Source: an uncultured Acidobacteriota bacterium (GTDB lineage: Bacteria; Acidobacteriota; Thermoanaerobaculia; Multivoradales; JAHEKO01). Taken from it: DNA of 64,000 nt. A program made the position numbers and the translations under genes. The stretch covers positions 160,001 through 224,000 of the forward strand of contig CAVQNG010000025.1 in assembly GCA_963713825.1 (NCBI GenBank). Direction: 5' to 3'. Under the pieces are notes generated by a model that was given only the letters and a program-made list of their open reading frames with translations, had not been told where the DNA came from and made no database searches. Within the stretch, counting starts at the first letter, position 1. Each line of letters opens with the position of its first letter. Below, piece by piece: positions 1 through 9,498 of this stretch.

Positions 1-73
1 CTTGGGCCTGCACGGCGAATCCGAGGATCAGCGCGAAGCCGACGACCAGCATCAAAATGTTCCTAGCTCTCAT
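1..73 (-). CDS. 5' end of an exported protein (signal peptide), truncated by the window edge; candidate sortase substrate
   Basis: Minus strand AAGGAG RBS then ATG at 73: MRARNILMLVVGFALILGFAVQAQ, a typical Sec signal with AxA site; lies directly downstream of the sortase. Not in the ORF track. Confidence 0.7.
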   Translation of the reverse strand, partial: MRARNILMLVVGFALILGFAVQAQ

Positions 74-156
74 CCTTTGTCTCCTTTCGTTCGATTTGCG
101 ACGACGTGTCCCGCGACGCCTGAGGGCGCACGATCCCACTATCAAATTCCGCCTCT

Positions 157-909
157 TTACGGCGAGGCAGTATCCGTGGCTGAAGCTCGTACGCTATCAG
201 ACTCGACCAACGTGGCACTCACGATGTAGCGTTTCGGCGCTTTGCCTACAAAATAGAACGGATAGCAGGTCACCAGCGTCAGGGTTGGCACGGACTGGTG
301 TTCCAGAACATGAACATCCTGCGGGGTCACGATCGTGATTCCGTCGATGCGATAGATGTCGGTGGCGGTGAGGGTTTCGAGCTCGATCGTGTCGCCTTCG
401 CCAATGTCCTTCAGACCCCGAAAGAAGCCGTCGCGATGACCGGCGATGCCGATGTTCCCCAGCTCACCGGGACGAGCCGTGCCGACGATTCTGCCCACCC
501 CTCGGTTGAGTACCAGATCATCGGTGCCCTCCAGAAGAGGCACCTGCAGGTCGAGCGCAGGAATCCGGACGATGGCCAGCGGCGGGCCGAAGTCGTGCGA
601 GAGACTCTCCTCGTATTCTTCGATTCGACCCTCGTCCCAGAGGCTGTAGTCCACCGGCAGGTCGGTCGGCAGGTCGCGGGTCTCAGCGCGGTGGTCAACC
701 TGCGATTCGGCGAATGGAGGCTGGGATCCAGTTTCCGAAGCCTGGAGGTCGGGGCCGCGACCTTCCGAGAGGGCGACCTTGGCAGCCTCGAATTCCTCGA
801 TACTTGAACGGGCGCCGACCTTGCCGTGAATCCAATAACCAGTCCAGATTAAGAGAAGAACGAGGCCGATCGTCCAGGCAGCGCGTTCGGCTAGGGTCTT
901 GCGGCTCAT
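157..909 (-). CDS. Class D sortase
   Basis: N-terminal TM helix; NIGIAGHRD (His), LTLVTCYPF (Cys), PKRYIV (Arg); start taken at ATG 909 (MSRKTL). Confidence 0.93.
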   Translation of the reverse strand: MSRKTLAERAAWTIGLVLLLIWTGYWIHGKVGARSSIEEFEAAKVALSEGRGPDLQASETGSQPPFAESQVDHRAETRDLPTDLPVDYSLWDEGRIEEYEESLSHDFGPPLAIVRIPALDLQVPLLEGTDDLVLNRGVGRIVGTARPGELGNIGIAGHRDGFFRGLKDIGEGDTIELETLTATDIYRIDGITIVTPQDVHVLEHQSVPTLTLVTCYPFYFVGKAPKRYIVSATLVESDSVRASATDTASP

Positions 910-1025
910 GAATCCGATCCGTAGCAATGGTGACTGGTTGGCGAGAGTGTATCCAAAGCTGGGGTCGAGCCGTCAAGCTGAACAGCAGCCGGCATCAACG
1001 CGGAGGAATGATGGATAATCCATGC

Positions 1026-1832
1026 ATGCTCCTATCAGCGGTTGTCCAACTCAATAGCACCTCTGACCCCGAGGCAAACTGGAGTCAGGCCGAAGCGTTG
1101 ATTCGCCGCGCGGCCAGCTACAGGTCGCGGCTCGTGGCGACGCCGGAGAACACCAACTTTCTCGGACCGCACCAAGCAAAGGTGGAGCGGGCCGAGAGCT
1201 TGGATGGGCCGACCTGCACTCGATTCTCGACCCTGGCCAGGGAGCTCGAGATCTTCTTGCTGCTGGGATCGTTCAATGAGAAAGCGGACAACCCTGATCG
1301 CTGTTTCAATACCTCGGTGCTGTTCTCGCCTGCGGGCGAGCGCCTGGCGGTGTACCGCAAGATCCATCTCTTCGACGTCGATGTCTCGCCCGAGGTCCGA
1401 TTTCAGGAGTCTGCAACCGTCGAGGCAGGGGAGAGCACCGTTGTCGTCCCGACCGAGCTCGGCAGGCTTGGACTGAGTATCTGCTACGACCTCCGATTCC
1501 CGGGCCTCTACCAACAGTTGAGGGACGAGGGTGCCGAGATCGTCACCGTTCCCTCGGCGTTTACCCTCACCACCGGAAAGGACCACTGGCAGCCGCTCCT
1601 CCGGGCCCGAGCTATCGAGACTCAATGCTGGGTGCTGGCTCCGGCGCAATTCGGCAAGCATGACGACGCTGGCCTGCGCGAGAGCTATGGACACGCCATG
1701 ATCCTCGATCCCTGGGGCCATGTCGTAGCGATGGCGGCCGACGGTCCCGGGCTGGCGTTGGCGGAGATCGACCTGCGTCGGGTCGAGCGTGCCCGCCAGG
1801 CCATGCCGGTTGCCGATCACCGTCGACTCTGA
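1026..1832 (+). CDS. Carbon-nitrogen hydrolase (Nit1/deaminated glutathione amidase-like)
   Basis: TPEN (Glu), YRKIHLFD (Lys), ICYDLRFP (Cys), ARAIETQC, YGHAMILDPWG; start uncertain (1008/1011/1026). Confidence 0.92.
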   Translation: MLLSAVVQLNSTSDPEANWSQAEALIRRAASYRSRLVATPENTNFLGPHQAKVERAESLDGPTCTRFSTLARELEIFLLLGSFNEKADNPDRCFNTSVLFSPAGERLAVYRKIHLFDVDVSPEVRFQESATVEAGESTVVVPTELGRLGLSICYDLRFPGLYQQLRDEGAEIVTVPSAFTLTTGKDHWQPLLRARAIETQCWVLAPAQFGKHDDAGLRESYGHAMILDPWGHVVAMAADGPGLALAEIDLRRVERARQAMPVADHRRL

Positions 1833-1846
1833 CCCCGGATCCGCCA

Positions 1847-2037
1847 CAAGACCTCAAGACCTCAGGACCTGACTGCGATCTCCTGCTTCGGGCCGACCCC
1901 ACGAGATCGTAGTCATCTGCGCAGGTCCCGAGTCCTCAAAGACCGGTCGGCGAAATCGCCGAGCGCCCAAACCCCAAGCCTTCGAGGATCGGTTGGAAGG
2001 TACGCTCGACCGCCTCAACCCGCAGGGTGGCTTGGGG
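1847..2037. other. Structured intergenic element between convergent genes (8-bp tandem repeat plus three hairpins)
   Basis: CAAGACCT-CAAGACCT-CAGGACCT 1847-1870; GACTGCGATCTC 1871-1882 / GAGATCGTAGTC 1903-1914; TCGGCG/CGCCGA 1947-1962; CCCCAAGCC 1972-1980 / GGCTTGGGG 2029-2037. Confidence 0.5.
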
Positions 2038-2039
2038 GG

Positions 2040-4067
2040 CTACAGACGCTTGATGATCACCAGGGTTTGATCGTCGTCCTGCGGGGCACCCGCAGTGAAG
2101 AGATCTGTTGCCAAGCGAATCTGCCGCAGGAGCTCCCCTGCCGACTCGTCTCGGTAGCGGCGGATGATCTCGATCACCCTGTCCGTCTCGAACTCCTCGC
2201 CCGATGGGTTCTTGGCTTCGAAGAATCCGTCCGACAAGATTGCGTAGAGATCTCCAGGTTCCAGCAGGATGGGCGGCGGTACTGCGGTCTTCATGATGGG
2301 CAGGAGGCCGAGAGGGATGGCGTTCGAGCTCAGCACGTGGCAGGTGTCCTCGGCCGCCACATAGTGCAGCAGAGGGGCCTGACCTGCGCTGAACGAAGTC
2401 AGGGTGTTGTTCTGACCATCGAGAATTCCGACCCAGGCAGTGATGAAGCGTTCCTGCGGCAGGTCGGCGTGCAATTGTTGGTTGATCTTCTCGGCGATGC
2501 CCGACAGATCGGCGCCGACGCGCACAGCCATACGGACCATGGCGCGTAACTGCACTACAGAGAGCGCCGGGCCGATACCGTGGCCGGTGGCGTCGGCGAG
2601 GAGAAGGACGGCCCGATCGGCTTTTCCCTCGGTGAGAGCAGAGGAACCATCGGATTGGTCTTGTAGGCCGATGACGTCATAGCTGTCGCCACCGGTCTCG
2701 TCGGCCGGGCGATTCCAGGCACTCAAATCGAAACCCTCGATCGCGGGCAGTTGCTTCGGTAATGCGTTCTCCTGAATCTGGCGGGCCAGCTGAAGATCAT
2801 GTTCGAGTTTGAGAAGGGTCTTGAGACCGGTTCTCATCTGCTCGTGAGCCGTCGCCAGCTGTCGCACTTCTGTGATCCTGGAGGCAATGGTTGGACCAGG
2901 TTCGAGATCTCCGGTACTGATGCGCTCACTTTCGTCGACCAGTGCCTCGATGGGACGGCTGTAGCGCTTGGCCATGTAGGCAGCTCGCCAGGTGGCGATG
3001 CCGAGCACACCCAGGGTGATCGCGATCACCCAGTAACCCTGTGCTTTGATGTTGCCCAAGATGTCGTCTTCGGGTACGGCGACACCGATGAGGAGCCGCT
3101 GATCCGGTGTCAGTTGGTAGGGATGAACCTGGCCCCACCAGGCTTCGCCTTCGCTGACCAAGCGAATCGGTTTCTCCCACTGCTCCGAGCTGCTCAAGAG
3201 TTGTTCGGAGGCGTCTCGGGCTGCTTTGGTGCCGAGCTCTTCCGGGTGCTGTAGCAGCAATTCTTGGAGGTCTGAGATCTCGTTCCCACGCCGTGGGTCT
3301 CGTGGTACTCCGATCAGCCGATTGTCTTCTGTGAGCACGAACACCGACCCCTCATCCAGCAGGCGGATCGAGCTGGTGAAGAGGGAGATCTCGGTCAGAT
3401 CGATGTCCATGCCGACGACGGTGATGCCGCCAGTGAGATCTCTCAAAGCACCGGATGCAGTGATTCCTGGCTGACCGGTACTGAAGAAGAGATACGGATC
3501 GGTCCACTGGACCCCGGGCTCGGAACCCTTCGTGTCGGCCGCATCCAGCGCCTGGACGGAGCTCAGGTACCAGGGACGCGTTCGCGGGTCGTACTCGACA
3601 GTCTCTTCCCGACTCGTCGGTTCACCACCGTCCCGGCTCCAATCCTCAATGAGGGCCCGATCCGCCCACTCGGCGCGGCGGATTTCTCGAGTCGACCATC
3701 CATCCTCGGTAGCTCGAAGGAGGAACTCGTTGCCGCGGTCGTCCGCGATGAACACCGCCGAGGCCCATGGAATCTCCTCCAGCAGAGGAGTCAGGAGACG
3801 ACGCATCTGGTTCGGATCGTCGAGCTGGACAAGGCCGGCTCGGGCCCAGGTCCTGAGCCCCGACACCTGTCTGGTGACTGGCTCGAAGAAGCTGCGCAGT
3901 TTGACATCGGTGCGCCGACTGGCCTGTTGAATCAGCGCGCCTGAGAGGTCGGTAACAGCCCGATTCGCACCAAGAGCCATCATGGTGAAGATCCCCGCGC
4001 CCAACAGCAGGACGATGGCTACCAGGTTGGTCAGAAGGCTGCGGCGGATCGAGATGCTATTGGGCAC
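2040..4067 (-). CDS. Membrane sensor PP2C (SpoIIE/RsbU-type) phosphatase with Cache-like and HAMP domains
   Basis: Two TMs flanking a Cache-like region (YDPRTRPWY, WTDPY), HAMP, then GGDSYD, LADATGHG, LSDGFFEA, DDDQT. Confidence 0.92.
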   Translation of the reverse strand: MPNSISIRRSLLTNLVAIVLLLGAGIFTMMALGANRAVTDLSGALIQQASRRTDVKLRSFFEPVTRQVSGLRTWARAGLVQLDDPNQMRRLLTPLLEEIPWASAVFIADDRGNEFLLRATEDGWSTREIRRAEWADRALIEDWSRDGGEPTSREETVEYDPRTRPWYLSSVQALDAADTKGSEPGVQWTDPYLFFSTGQPGITASGALRDLTGGITVVGMDIDLTEISLFTSSIRLLDEGSVFVLTEDNRLIGVPRDPRRGNEISDLQELLLQHPEELGTKAARDASEQLLSSSEQWEKPIRLVSEGEAWWGQVHPYQLTPDQRLLIGVAVPEDDILGNIKAQGYWVIAITLGVLGIATWRAAYMAKRYSRPIEALVDESERISTGDLEPGPTIASRITEVRQLATAHEQMRTGLKTLLKLEHDLQLARQIQENALPKQLPAIEGFDLSAWNRPADETGGDSYDVIGLQDQSDGSSALTEGKADRAVLLLADATGHGIGPALSVVQLRAMVRMAVRVGADLSGIAEKINQQLHADLPQERFITAWVGILDGQNNTLTSFSAGQAPLLHYVAAEDTCHVLSSNAIPLGLLPIMKTAVPPPILLEPGDLYAILSDGFFEAKNPSGEEFETDRVIEIIRRYRDESAGELLRQIRLATDLFTAGAPQDDDQTLVIIKRL

Positions 4068-4122
4068 ACGTTGCTCCTATGAGGACACGGGTTGTCGTTT
4101 CACGACTTGGGAATCGCGTCGA

Positions 4123-5274
4123 CTATTTTCCCAGGATCTCCGCCAGGACGCCGACCCCCCGCTCGACGATCGCGGGCGGAGCCGCGGTGTAGCAGATCCG
4201 AATGTGGGTGGGATAGGGACCGAAACTGGGACCTGGCGCCACGAACAAGCCGTGATCGACGCAAGTCTCGAGGAAGCCACTCAAGCCTCGATGATCTAGT
4301 CGGTCAGCGACGTCGAGGAAGAGAAAAGTGCTGCCCTGAGGTCGTGCCACACCCAATGTGTCGGCCGTCGTGTTGCCCAGTACTCGATAGCGCTCTCGGG
4401 CGCGCTCGACCCATGGATCACCCAGGCCCTGAATCGCCTTGAGGGCGACCAGTTGGGAGGCGGTGGGCGTCGAGTAGAAAGTGTGGATACTGACTTTGCG
4501 CAACTCGGTCACTGCCGCCTCCGGGCCGACGACGTAGCCGCAACGGTTGCCGGCCATCCCGTAGGCCTTGGAGAAGGAATGGACAGAGAAGGTACGCTCT
4601 GGTGCCAAGGGCCGAGTGTAGGCATGCACGCCCTCGTAGACGTAGTCTTCGTAGACCTCGTCGGCGAGCAGCCACAAATCGTGGTCTGCGCACCACCGAG
4701 CCAGGGATTCGAGCCAGGCATTTGGGATGGTCTGACCGCTAGGATTGTTCGGGGTGCTGAGATAAAGGGCGACGCTCTTTTCGGACAAGAGGGAGGCTAC
4801 GGCTTCGACAGCCGACTCGGGCGAGTCCGCCTGGCCAATGAAAGGTACCGCTACCGGTAGGCCGTGGAACGAGCGAGCGATGCCGGCAATCAGTGGCCAA
4901 TGGGGTGCCAGGATGAGCACCTCGTCGCCGGGCTCGACCAGAGCACCGATGACGGCCCCGAGTGCCCCTGTAGCGCCGGCGGCGACCAGGACGTTGTCTC
5001 GCACTGTCGGCTCTCCCGTGCGCTCGCAAGTACGCTCGGCGATGGCATCCAGGAGCTCCGGTAGTCCCTGCGGCTTCGAGTAGCGGTGCATTCCCGGATG
5101 ATCTTGGACTCGCAGGTCTTCCATTCGCAGGCCTTCAGCTGGCTCCATCCAGGTGTCGCCGATATGGAACGGATAGATTTCGCCCTCGTAGGTGGCCAGC
5201 CTGTGTGCCAGGGCGGTGTAGACGGAGCCTTGGATGGAGGCGACCGAAGGAGATACGTGTGGGAAACGAGGCAT
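4123..5274 (-). CDS. PLP-dependent aminotransferase class I/II
   Basis: STPNNPSG, ADEVY, HSFSKAYGMAGNRCG. Confidence 0.92.
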   Translation of the reverse strand: MPRFPHVSPSVASIQGSVYTALAHRLATYEGEIYPFHIGDTWMEPAEGLRMEDLRVQDHPGMHRYSKPQGLPELLDAIAERTCERTGEPTVRDNVLVAAGATGALGAVIGALVEPGDEVLILAPHWPLIAGIARSFHGLPVAVPFIGQADSPESAVEAVASLLSEKSVALYLSTPNNPSGQTIPNAWLESLARWCADHDLWLLADEVYEDYVYEGVHAYTRPLAPERTFSVHSFSKAYGMAGNRCGYVVGPEAAVTELRKVSIHTFYSTPTASQLVALKAIQGLGDPWVERARERYRVLGNTTADTLGVARPQGSTFLFLDVADRLDHRGLSGFLETCVDHGLFVAPGPSFGPYPTHIRICYTAAPPAIVERGVGVLAEILGK

Positions 5275-5296
5275 GAGTCGGGAAAGTCGGTCGCGA

Positions 5297-5776
5297 TCAG
5301 GTCCTGGGGCCGACGACCCATCGGGCCGTGAAGCGAGCGACCCGGGAACCGGTTTCGTCTTCCAGGATGGCTTCCACCTCGTACTCCGTCTTCTCTGTAG
5401 TGTCGGGTATCGGTGCCCGGCCTTCAGCCACGATCTCGCCCCGGGCCTTCTTATCGAACTCGACAGTGAAGTGTACGGGTATGCCTCTGAGCTGCTCGGG
5501 CAGTGCTGCTGTCATCGCCAAGCCGCTAGCCAGTTCGCCCAGATTGGTCATGGCCACGGCATGGATCGAATCGAAGTGGTTTCTCAAGCGGTGTCGATCG
5601 GCCATCCGCACCTTGGCATAGCCGGCACTCAATGCCTCGACCCTGGCTTTGATGGATCCCGAGTAGGGTACCCGCCTACCCAGCTGGTAGCTGAAAAGAA
5701 CCTTACCGGCTGGCAGGTGGAGGGCCCGATGCCATGAAGCGAGAAGGCGGTTGGAAGGTTTTTCGGAGGCTGGCAT
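5297..5776 (-). CDS. Hotdog-fold thioesterase-like protein (PaaI/DUF4442-like)
   Basis: LRNHFDSIHAVAMTNLGELASG, FDKKARG. Confidence 0.8.
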   Translation of the reverse strand: MPASEKPSNRLLASWHRALHLPAGKVLFSYQLGRRVPYSGSIKARVEALSAGYAKVRMADRHRLRNHFDSIHAVAMTNLGELASGLAMTAALPEQLRGIPVHFTVEFDKKARGEIVAEGRAPIPDTTEKTEYEVEAILEDETGSRVARFTARWVVGPRT

Positions 5777-5884
5777 CTGATTCTCTCTCGTTGGTGTTTC
5801 GACGTTCCCGCAATTTACCCCTTGGACAGCGGCAGGATCAACCGCTGCTCATGAGCCGACATCCTGTGTTATAAGGCAGACGAC

Positions 5885-7516
5885 ATGAATAGCGACAGTC
5901 TTTACGAGCGGGTCTTGGAGCAAGTCGGGAAAGGAGCCCAACTGCCGCAACCCAGGCCACCGAGGGCCTCCGCCTCGGTCGTTCCATGGCGAGAATCAGA
6001 CGTCGGTCTCGAGGTCTATTGGGTCAAGCGAGCCGAGAGCCTGACTTTCATGGGAGGGTGGCACGCTTTCCCGGGAGGTGGACTGTCACAGCGAGACCAG
6101 GAGGTCGAATTCAGCGGCCAGCCTCAAGAGCTTGACGAGGCCCCTCGGGATGGAGCGGCTCCGGAAGCGGTGCTCGACGGAGTCTCCGATCTGGGCCCGA
6201 TCGACCCACCAGGGCTGCTGATCTGCACTGTGCGAGAGCTCTTCGAGGAGACGGGCTTGATGCTCGGAACCCCTGCCGGGGCGCCTATCGCCGCGGCCGC
6301 TTCGGCGACCCAGCTGCGTCGATTGCGTCGGCAGCTGCTGTCCAAGGAAATCGACTTTGCTGGCCTGCTGTCGAGCGCCAATCTAGTGCCAGAAGTCTCG
6401 GAGTTGGTCTACGCAGGTCGTTGGCTCACACCACCGCTGGGCCCGATGCGATTCGACAATCGGTTCTTTCTTCTCAACTGGCAGGAGACCATGGCCATGC
6501 AGCCCGAGATCGTCGTTGGAGAGCTCGAGTCGGGAGAGTGGGTGCAGCCGGCGATGGCTCTGCAGAGGTGGCGGGACGGTGAGGTGTTGGCCGCGCCGCC
6601 GATTCTCCATATCTTGAGGGTTCTGCAGGAGGCAGGGCCGGTCGGCGGCCTCGCGCGCCTGCAAGAACCGAGGGAGCATAATCTGGGTCCATACCGAAGG
6701 ATCGAGTTTCGGCCCGGCGTCCTCCTGCTACCTCAGCGCAGTCTGACGCTGCCCCCCGCCTTCTACACCAACGCATATCTGTTGGGGACCAGAGATTGTG
6801 TTCTCATCGATCCTGGCTCTGCCCAGAAGGAGGAGGTCGGGCGGCTGAGAAGGGGGCTCGAGGCAATCGAGCTAAGACTCGATCGCCGAGTCACCGCCAT
6901 CTGGTTGACCCATCATCACCCTGACCATGTGGGAGGAGTGGAGCCTCTGCGGGAGGACCTGGGGGTTCCGGTTCTGGCCCATCCAGCAACCGCAGAACGC
7001 CTGCAGGAGCGCGGCTTGAAGGTCGACGGTGAGTTGCAGGATGATGAACGGGTGACTCTGCCTGGCGAGCCACCGATGGAGATTCGTGTCCTCCATACTC
7101 CTGGGCATGCACGTGGTCATCTCTGCTTTCTGGTAGAGGACGACGGCTCCTTGTTGGCGGGTGACATGGTCGCCGGTCTGGGCACGATCGTCATCGATCC
7201 GCCCGAGGGCGACATGAGCGCTTATCTGAAGTCGCTCGCGCGACTGCGAGATCTGAAGCCGAAGACGATTTTCCCGGCCCATGGACCTGCGATCAAGAAC
7301 GCAGTTGCCAAGTTGGTCGAGATGCTTGACCATCGGCTGGTGAGGGAGCAGAGAATCCTGGAAGCCTGGCGCACGGGTCGTCGAAAACCCGCCGAGATCC
7401 TGGAAGTGGCCTATGATGAGATTCCCGAGATCGTGCGACCTCTGGCCGAACGCCAGGTCTTGGCGCATCTCGAGCGATTGAGGTCGGCTGGGTCTCTCGA
7501 CGACGGCCAAGCCTGA
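5885..7516 (+). CDS. NUDIX (NUDT19-like) + metallo-beta-lactamase (LACTB2-like) fusion protein
   Basis: AFPGG...VRELFEETG and WLTP..RFDNRFF at the N-terminus; THHHPDH, HTPGHARGH, AGD, PAHG at the C-terminus. Confidence 0.88.
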   Translation: MNSDSLYERVLEQVGKGAQLPQPRPPRASASVVPWRESDVGLEVYWVKRAESLTFMGGWHAFPGGGLSQRDQEVEFSGQPQELDEAPRDGAAPEAVLDGVSDLGPIDPPGLLICTVRELFEETGLMLGTPAGAPIAAAASATQLRRLRRQLLSKEIDFAGLLSSANLVPEVSELVYAGRWLTPPLGPMRFDNRFFLLNWQETMAMQPEIVVGELESGEWVQPAMALQRWRDGEVLAAPPILHILRVLQEAGPVGGLARLQEPREHNLGPYRRIEFRPGVLLLPQRSLTLPPAFYTNAYLLGTRDCVLIDPGSAQKEEVGRLRRGLEAIELRLDRRVTAIWLTHHHPDHVGGVEPLREDLGVPVLAHPATAERLQERGLKVDGELQDDERVTLPGEPPMEIRVLHTPGHARGHLCFLVEDDGSLLAGDMVAGLGTIVIDPPEGDMSAYLKSLARLRDLKPKTIFPAHGPAIKNAVAKLVEMLDHRLVREQRILEAWRTGRRKPAEILEVAYDEIPEIVRPLAERQVLAHLERLRSAGSLDDGQA

Positions 7517-7536
7517 AGCGCCCAGGGGAACCAATC

Positions 7537-8022
7537 ATGTCAGGTGAAGAGTTCGATTATCCCGCGCTGATTCATGAGGCCCTCATTGGTGTCGTGCGTG
7601 AGGTCTTGACCCGCGTGGCGGAAGACGGCCTGCCTGGTGATCACCATTTCTACTTGACCTTCAAGACGGACCACCCGGAAGTCATGATGCCCGCCGGGCT
7701 GAGACTGCGTCACCCAGATACGATGACGATCGTCTTGCAGCACCAGTTCTGGAACCTGTCGGTCGAGGAGGAGGTCTTCGGAGTGACACTGCGATTCGGA
7801 GGCGCGAAGCAGGCACTCACGATCCCCTTCGAGGCGCTCACCAGCTTCATCGATCCGGATGCGGAGTTTGGTCTGCAGCTTGGAGCGGCGAGCGACGACG
7901 ATGAAGAGGTTGCCAGGGGCGGCGAAGCCGACCAGGAGCCGGCACGAGACGAATCCAAGTCGGCGCCGAACAAGCCAGGCGAAGTGATCTCCATCGACGA
8001 GTTTCGCAAGAAGACAGACTAG
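7537..8022 (+). CDS. sspB: ClpXP adaptor SspB (alphaproteobacterial type)
   Basis: GLPGDHHFYLTF, MTIVLQHQFWNL, C-terminal VISIDEFRKK ClpX-binding tail. Confidence 0.9.
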   Translation: MSGEEFDYPALIHEALIGVVREVLTRVAEDGLPGDHHFYLTFKTDHPEVMMPAGLRLRHPDTMTIVLQHQFWNLSVEEEVFGVTLRFGGAKQALTIPFEALTSFIDPDAEFGLQLGAASDDDEEVARGGEADQEPARDESKSAPNKPGEVISIDEFRKKTD

Positions 8023-8031
8023 GGCGCCCGG

Positions 8032-8718
8032 ATGGAGCAGATTGATTGGTCCCCTATTCGCCTGGTGGTCTTCGATCTGGATGGGACTCTCTACGACCAG
8101 AATTGCCTGCGGCGACGGATGCTCCGGGAATTGGGACTGTATTGTCTGCGCCATCCGCCGGCGGTGGGTTTGTTCAGGGTCATCGGCGTGTTCCGCCGGG
8201 CGAGAGAGCGCCTGGCGGAGGAGCAGGCCAGCAACATCGCAAAGCTGCAGTACGAGCGGCCGGCCGCCAAATTGGCGATGAGGCCCGAGGCGGTAGCCGA
8301 GGTGATCAGGGAGTGGTTCGAGGAGCGGCCCCTGAGACACCTGGAGTGCTGCCGATATGCCTCCATCGATCAGGTGTTCGAGAGCTTGCGCGGCTCCGGT
8401 CGGCAGGTTGGAGTGTTCTCGGACTACCCTGTTCGAGACAAGCTTCGAGCCTTGAACCTGGAAGCGGATCTGGTCGCCGCCGCGGCTGAAGCGGAGATCG
8501 ATCGATTGAAGCCTCATCCTGCCGGGCTCGAGAGGTTGATGAGACGAGCCGGTGTGACGCCCGAGCAAAGTCTGATGATCGGCGACCGGGAAGATAGGGA
8601 CGGCGCCTGTGCTCGCAATGCCGGAGTTCAGTACCTCATCAAGACAGCTTCGCCCCAGGCGCCGCATCACTTTCGAGATTTTCGAGAATTGCTACCCGGG
8701 CCAGTTGGAGTAAAGTAG
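8032..8718 (+). CDS. HAD-superfamily hydrolase
   Basis: VFDLDGTLYD, KPHP, MIGDREDRD. Confidence 0.88.
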   Translation: MEQIDWSPIRLVVFDLDGTLYDQNCLRRRMLRELGLYCLRHPPAVGLFRVIGVFRRARERLAEEQASNIAKLQYERPAAKLAMRPEAVAEVIREWFEERPLRHLECCRYASIDQVFESLRGSGRQVGVFSDYPVRDKLRALNLEADLVAAAAEAEIDRLKPHPAGLERLMRRAGVTPEQSLMIGDREDRDGACARNAGVQYLIKTASPQAPHHFRDFRELLPGPVGVK

Positions 8719-8835
8719 GGGTCTGTGTCGACGGGGTAGCGCTGGGAAGCGGCCCCGTTGTAACGTCGAGCCCACCGAATCGCCGGGGTCGGCTGTTCCC
8801 GGCCCGAGACAGGCGATATTGAGGAGAGTAGGACA

Positions 8836-9390
8836 ATGACAAGAATGACAGGTATGAAGGTTCTAGGTGCGTTGATGGTTGTTTTGTTGCTGGCCGTGGG
8901 CAGCGCTCCACTGCTGGCTCAGGAAGCGCCAATCAAGATAGCGATCGTCGATCTGGAGGCGGTTGTCGCCCAATCGAAACAGGGCCAGGATCTCCAGGCT
9001 CGTATGGAGGGCTTCCAGCAGCAGGTACAGCAGGAGATGACAACCTTGAACCAGCAGGCCAACGAGTTGCGGCAGCGGCTTGCCGACGGTGCCAACTCTC
9101 TGTCCGAGTCGCGGTTGGCCGAGCTCAACAAAGAGTACGAGGATGCCACCATCGCCTTGCGCCGGTTCAGGGACGACAAACAGCGCGAAGGCCAGAAGAT
9201 GCAAGAGGAGAGTCTGCGGGAAATCGAGGGTCTGCTCGAGCCTGTCTTCGAGCAAGTCAGGGCCGAGATGGGGTTCGATCTCATCCTCAACAACGTACCG
9301 GGGGTGGTTCTCATGGCTGGTGAGCGAGTCGACATCACTGGCATGATGGTCGAGCGCTTCAACGCCGCTGCCAACTCTGGCGGAGAGTAG
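8836..9390 (+). CDS. skp: OmpH/Skp periplasmic chaperone
   Basis: Signal peptide, KIAIVD, long coiled coil, GFDLILN...VDIT. Confidence 0.88.
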   Translation: MTRMTGMKVLGALMVVLLLAVGSAPLLAQEAPIKIAIVDLEAVVAQSKQGQDLQARMEGFQQQVQQEMTTLNQQANELRQRLADGANSLSESRLAELNKEYEDATIALRRFRDDKQREGQKMQEESLREIEGLLEPVFEQVRAEMGFDLILNNVPGVVLMAGERVDITGMMVERFNAAANSGGE

Positions 9391-9498
9391 GGCAGACAAC
9401 CGACGGCCAGGACTCTAGATTGGGGCTTGGCCCGCCCCCGCATCCCTGAATCGTAGCTCCGAGCCTCGCCTGCCGGTCTACCCTTGAGAGGCCTCGAG

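Noticed and set aside
1822-1914. tRNA-like 3' end (..TCCGCCA) and SRP-like GAAGCAG stretch
   Set aside because: No cloverleaf or proper T-arm, and no GNRA-capped SRP helix; kept only as an unassigned structured region
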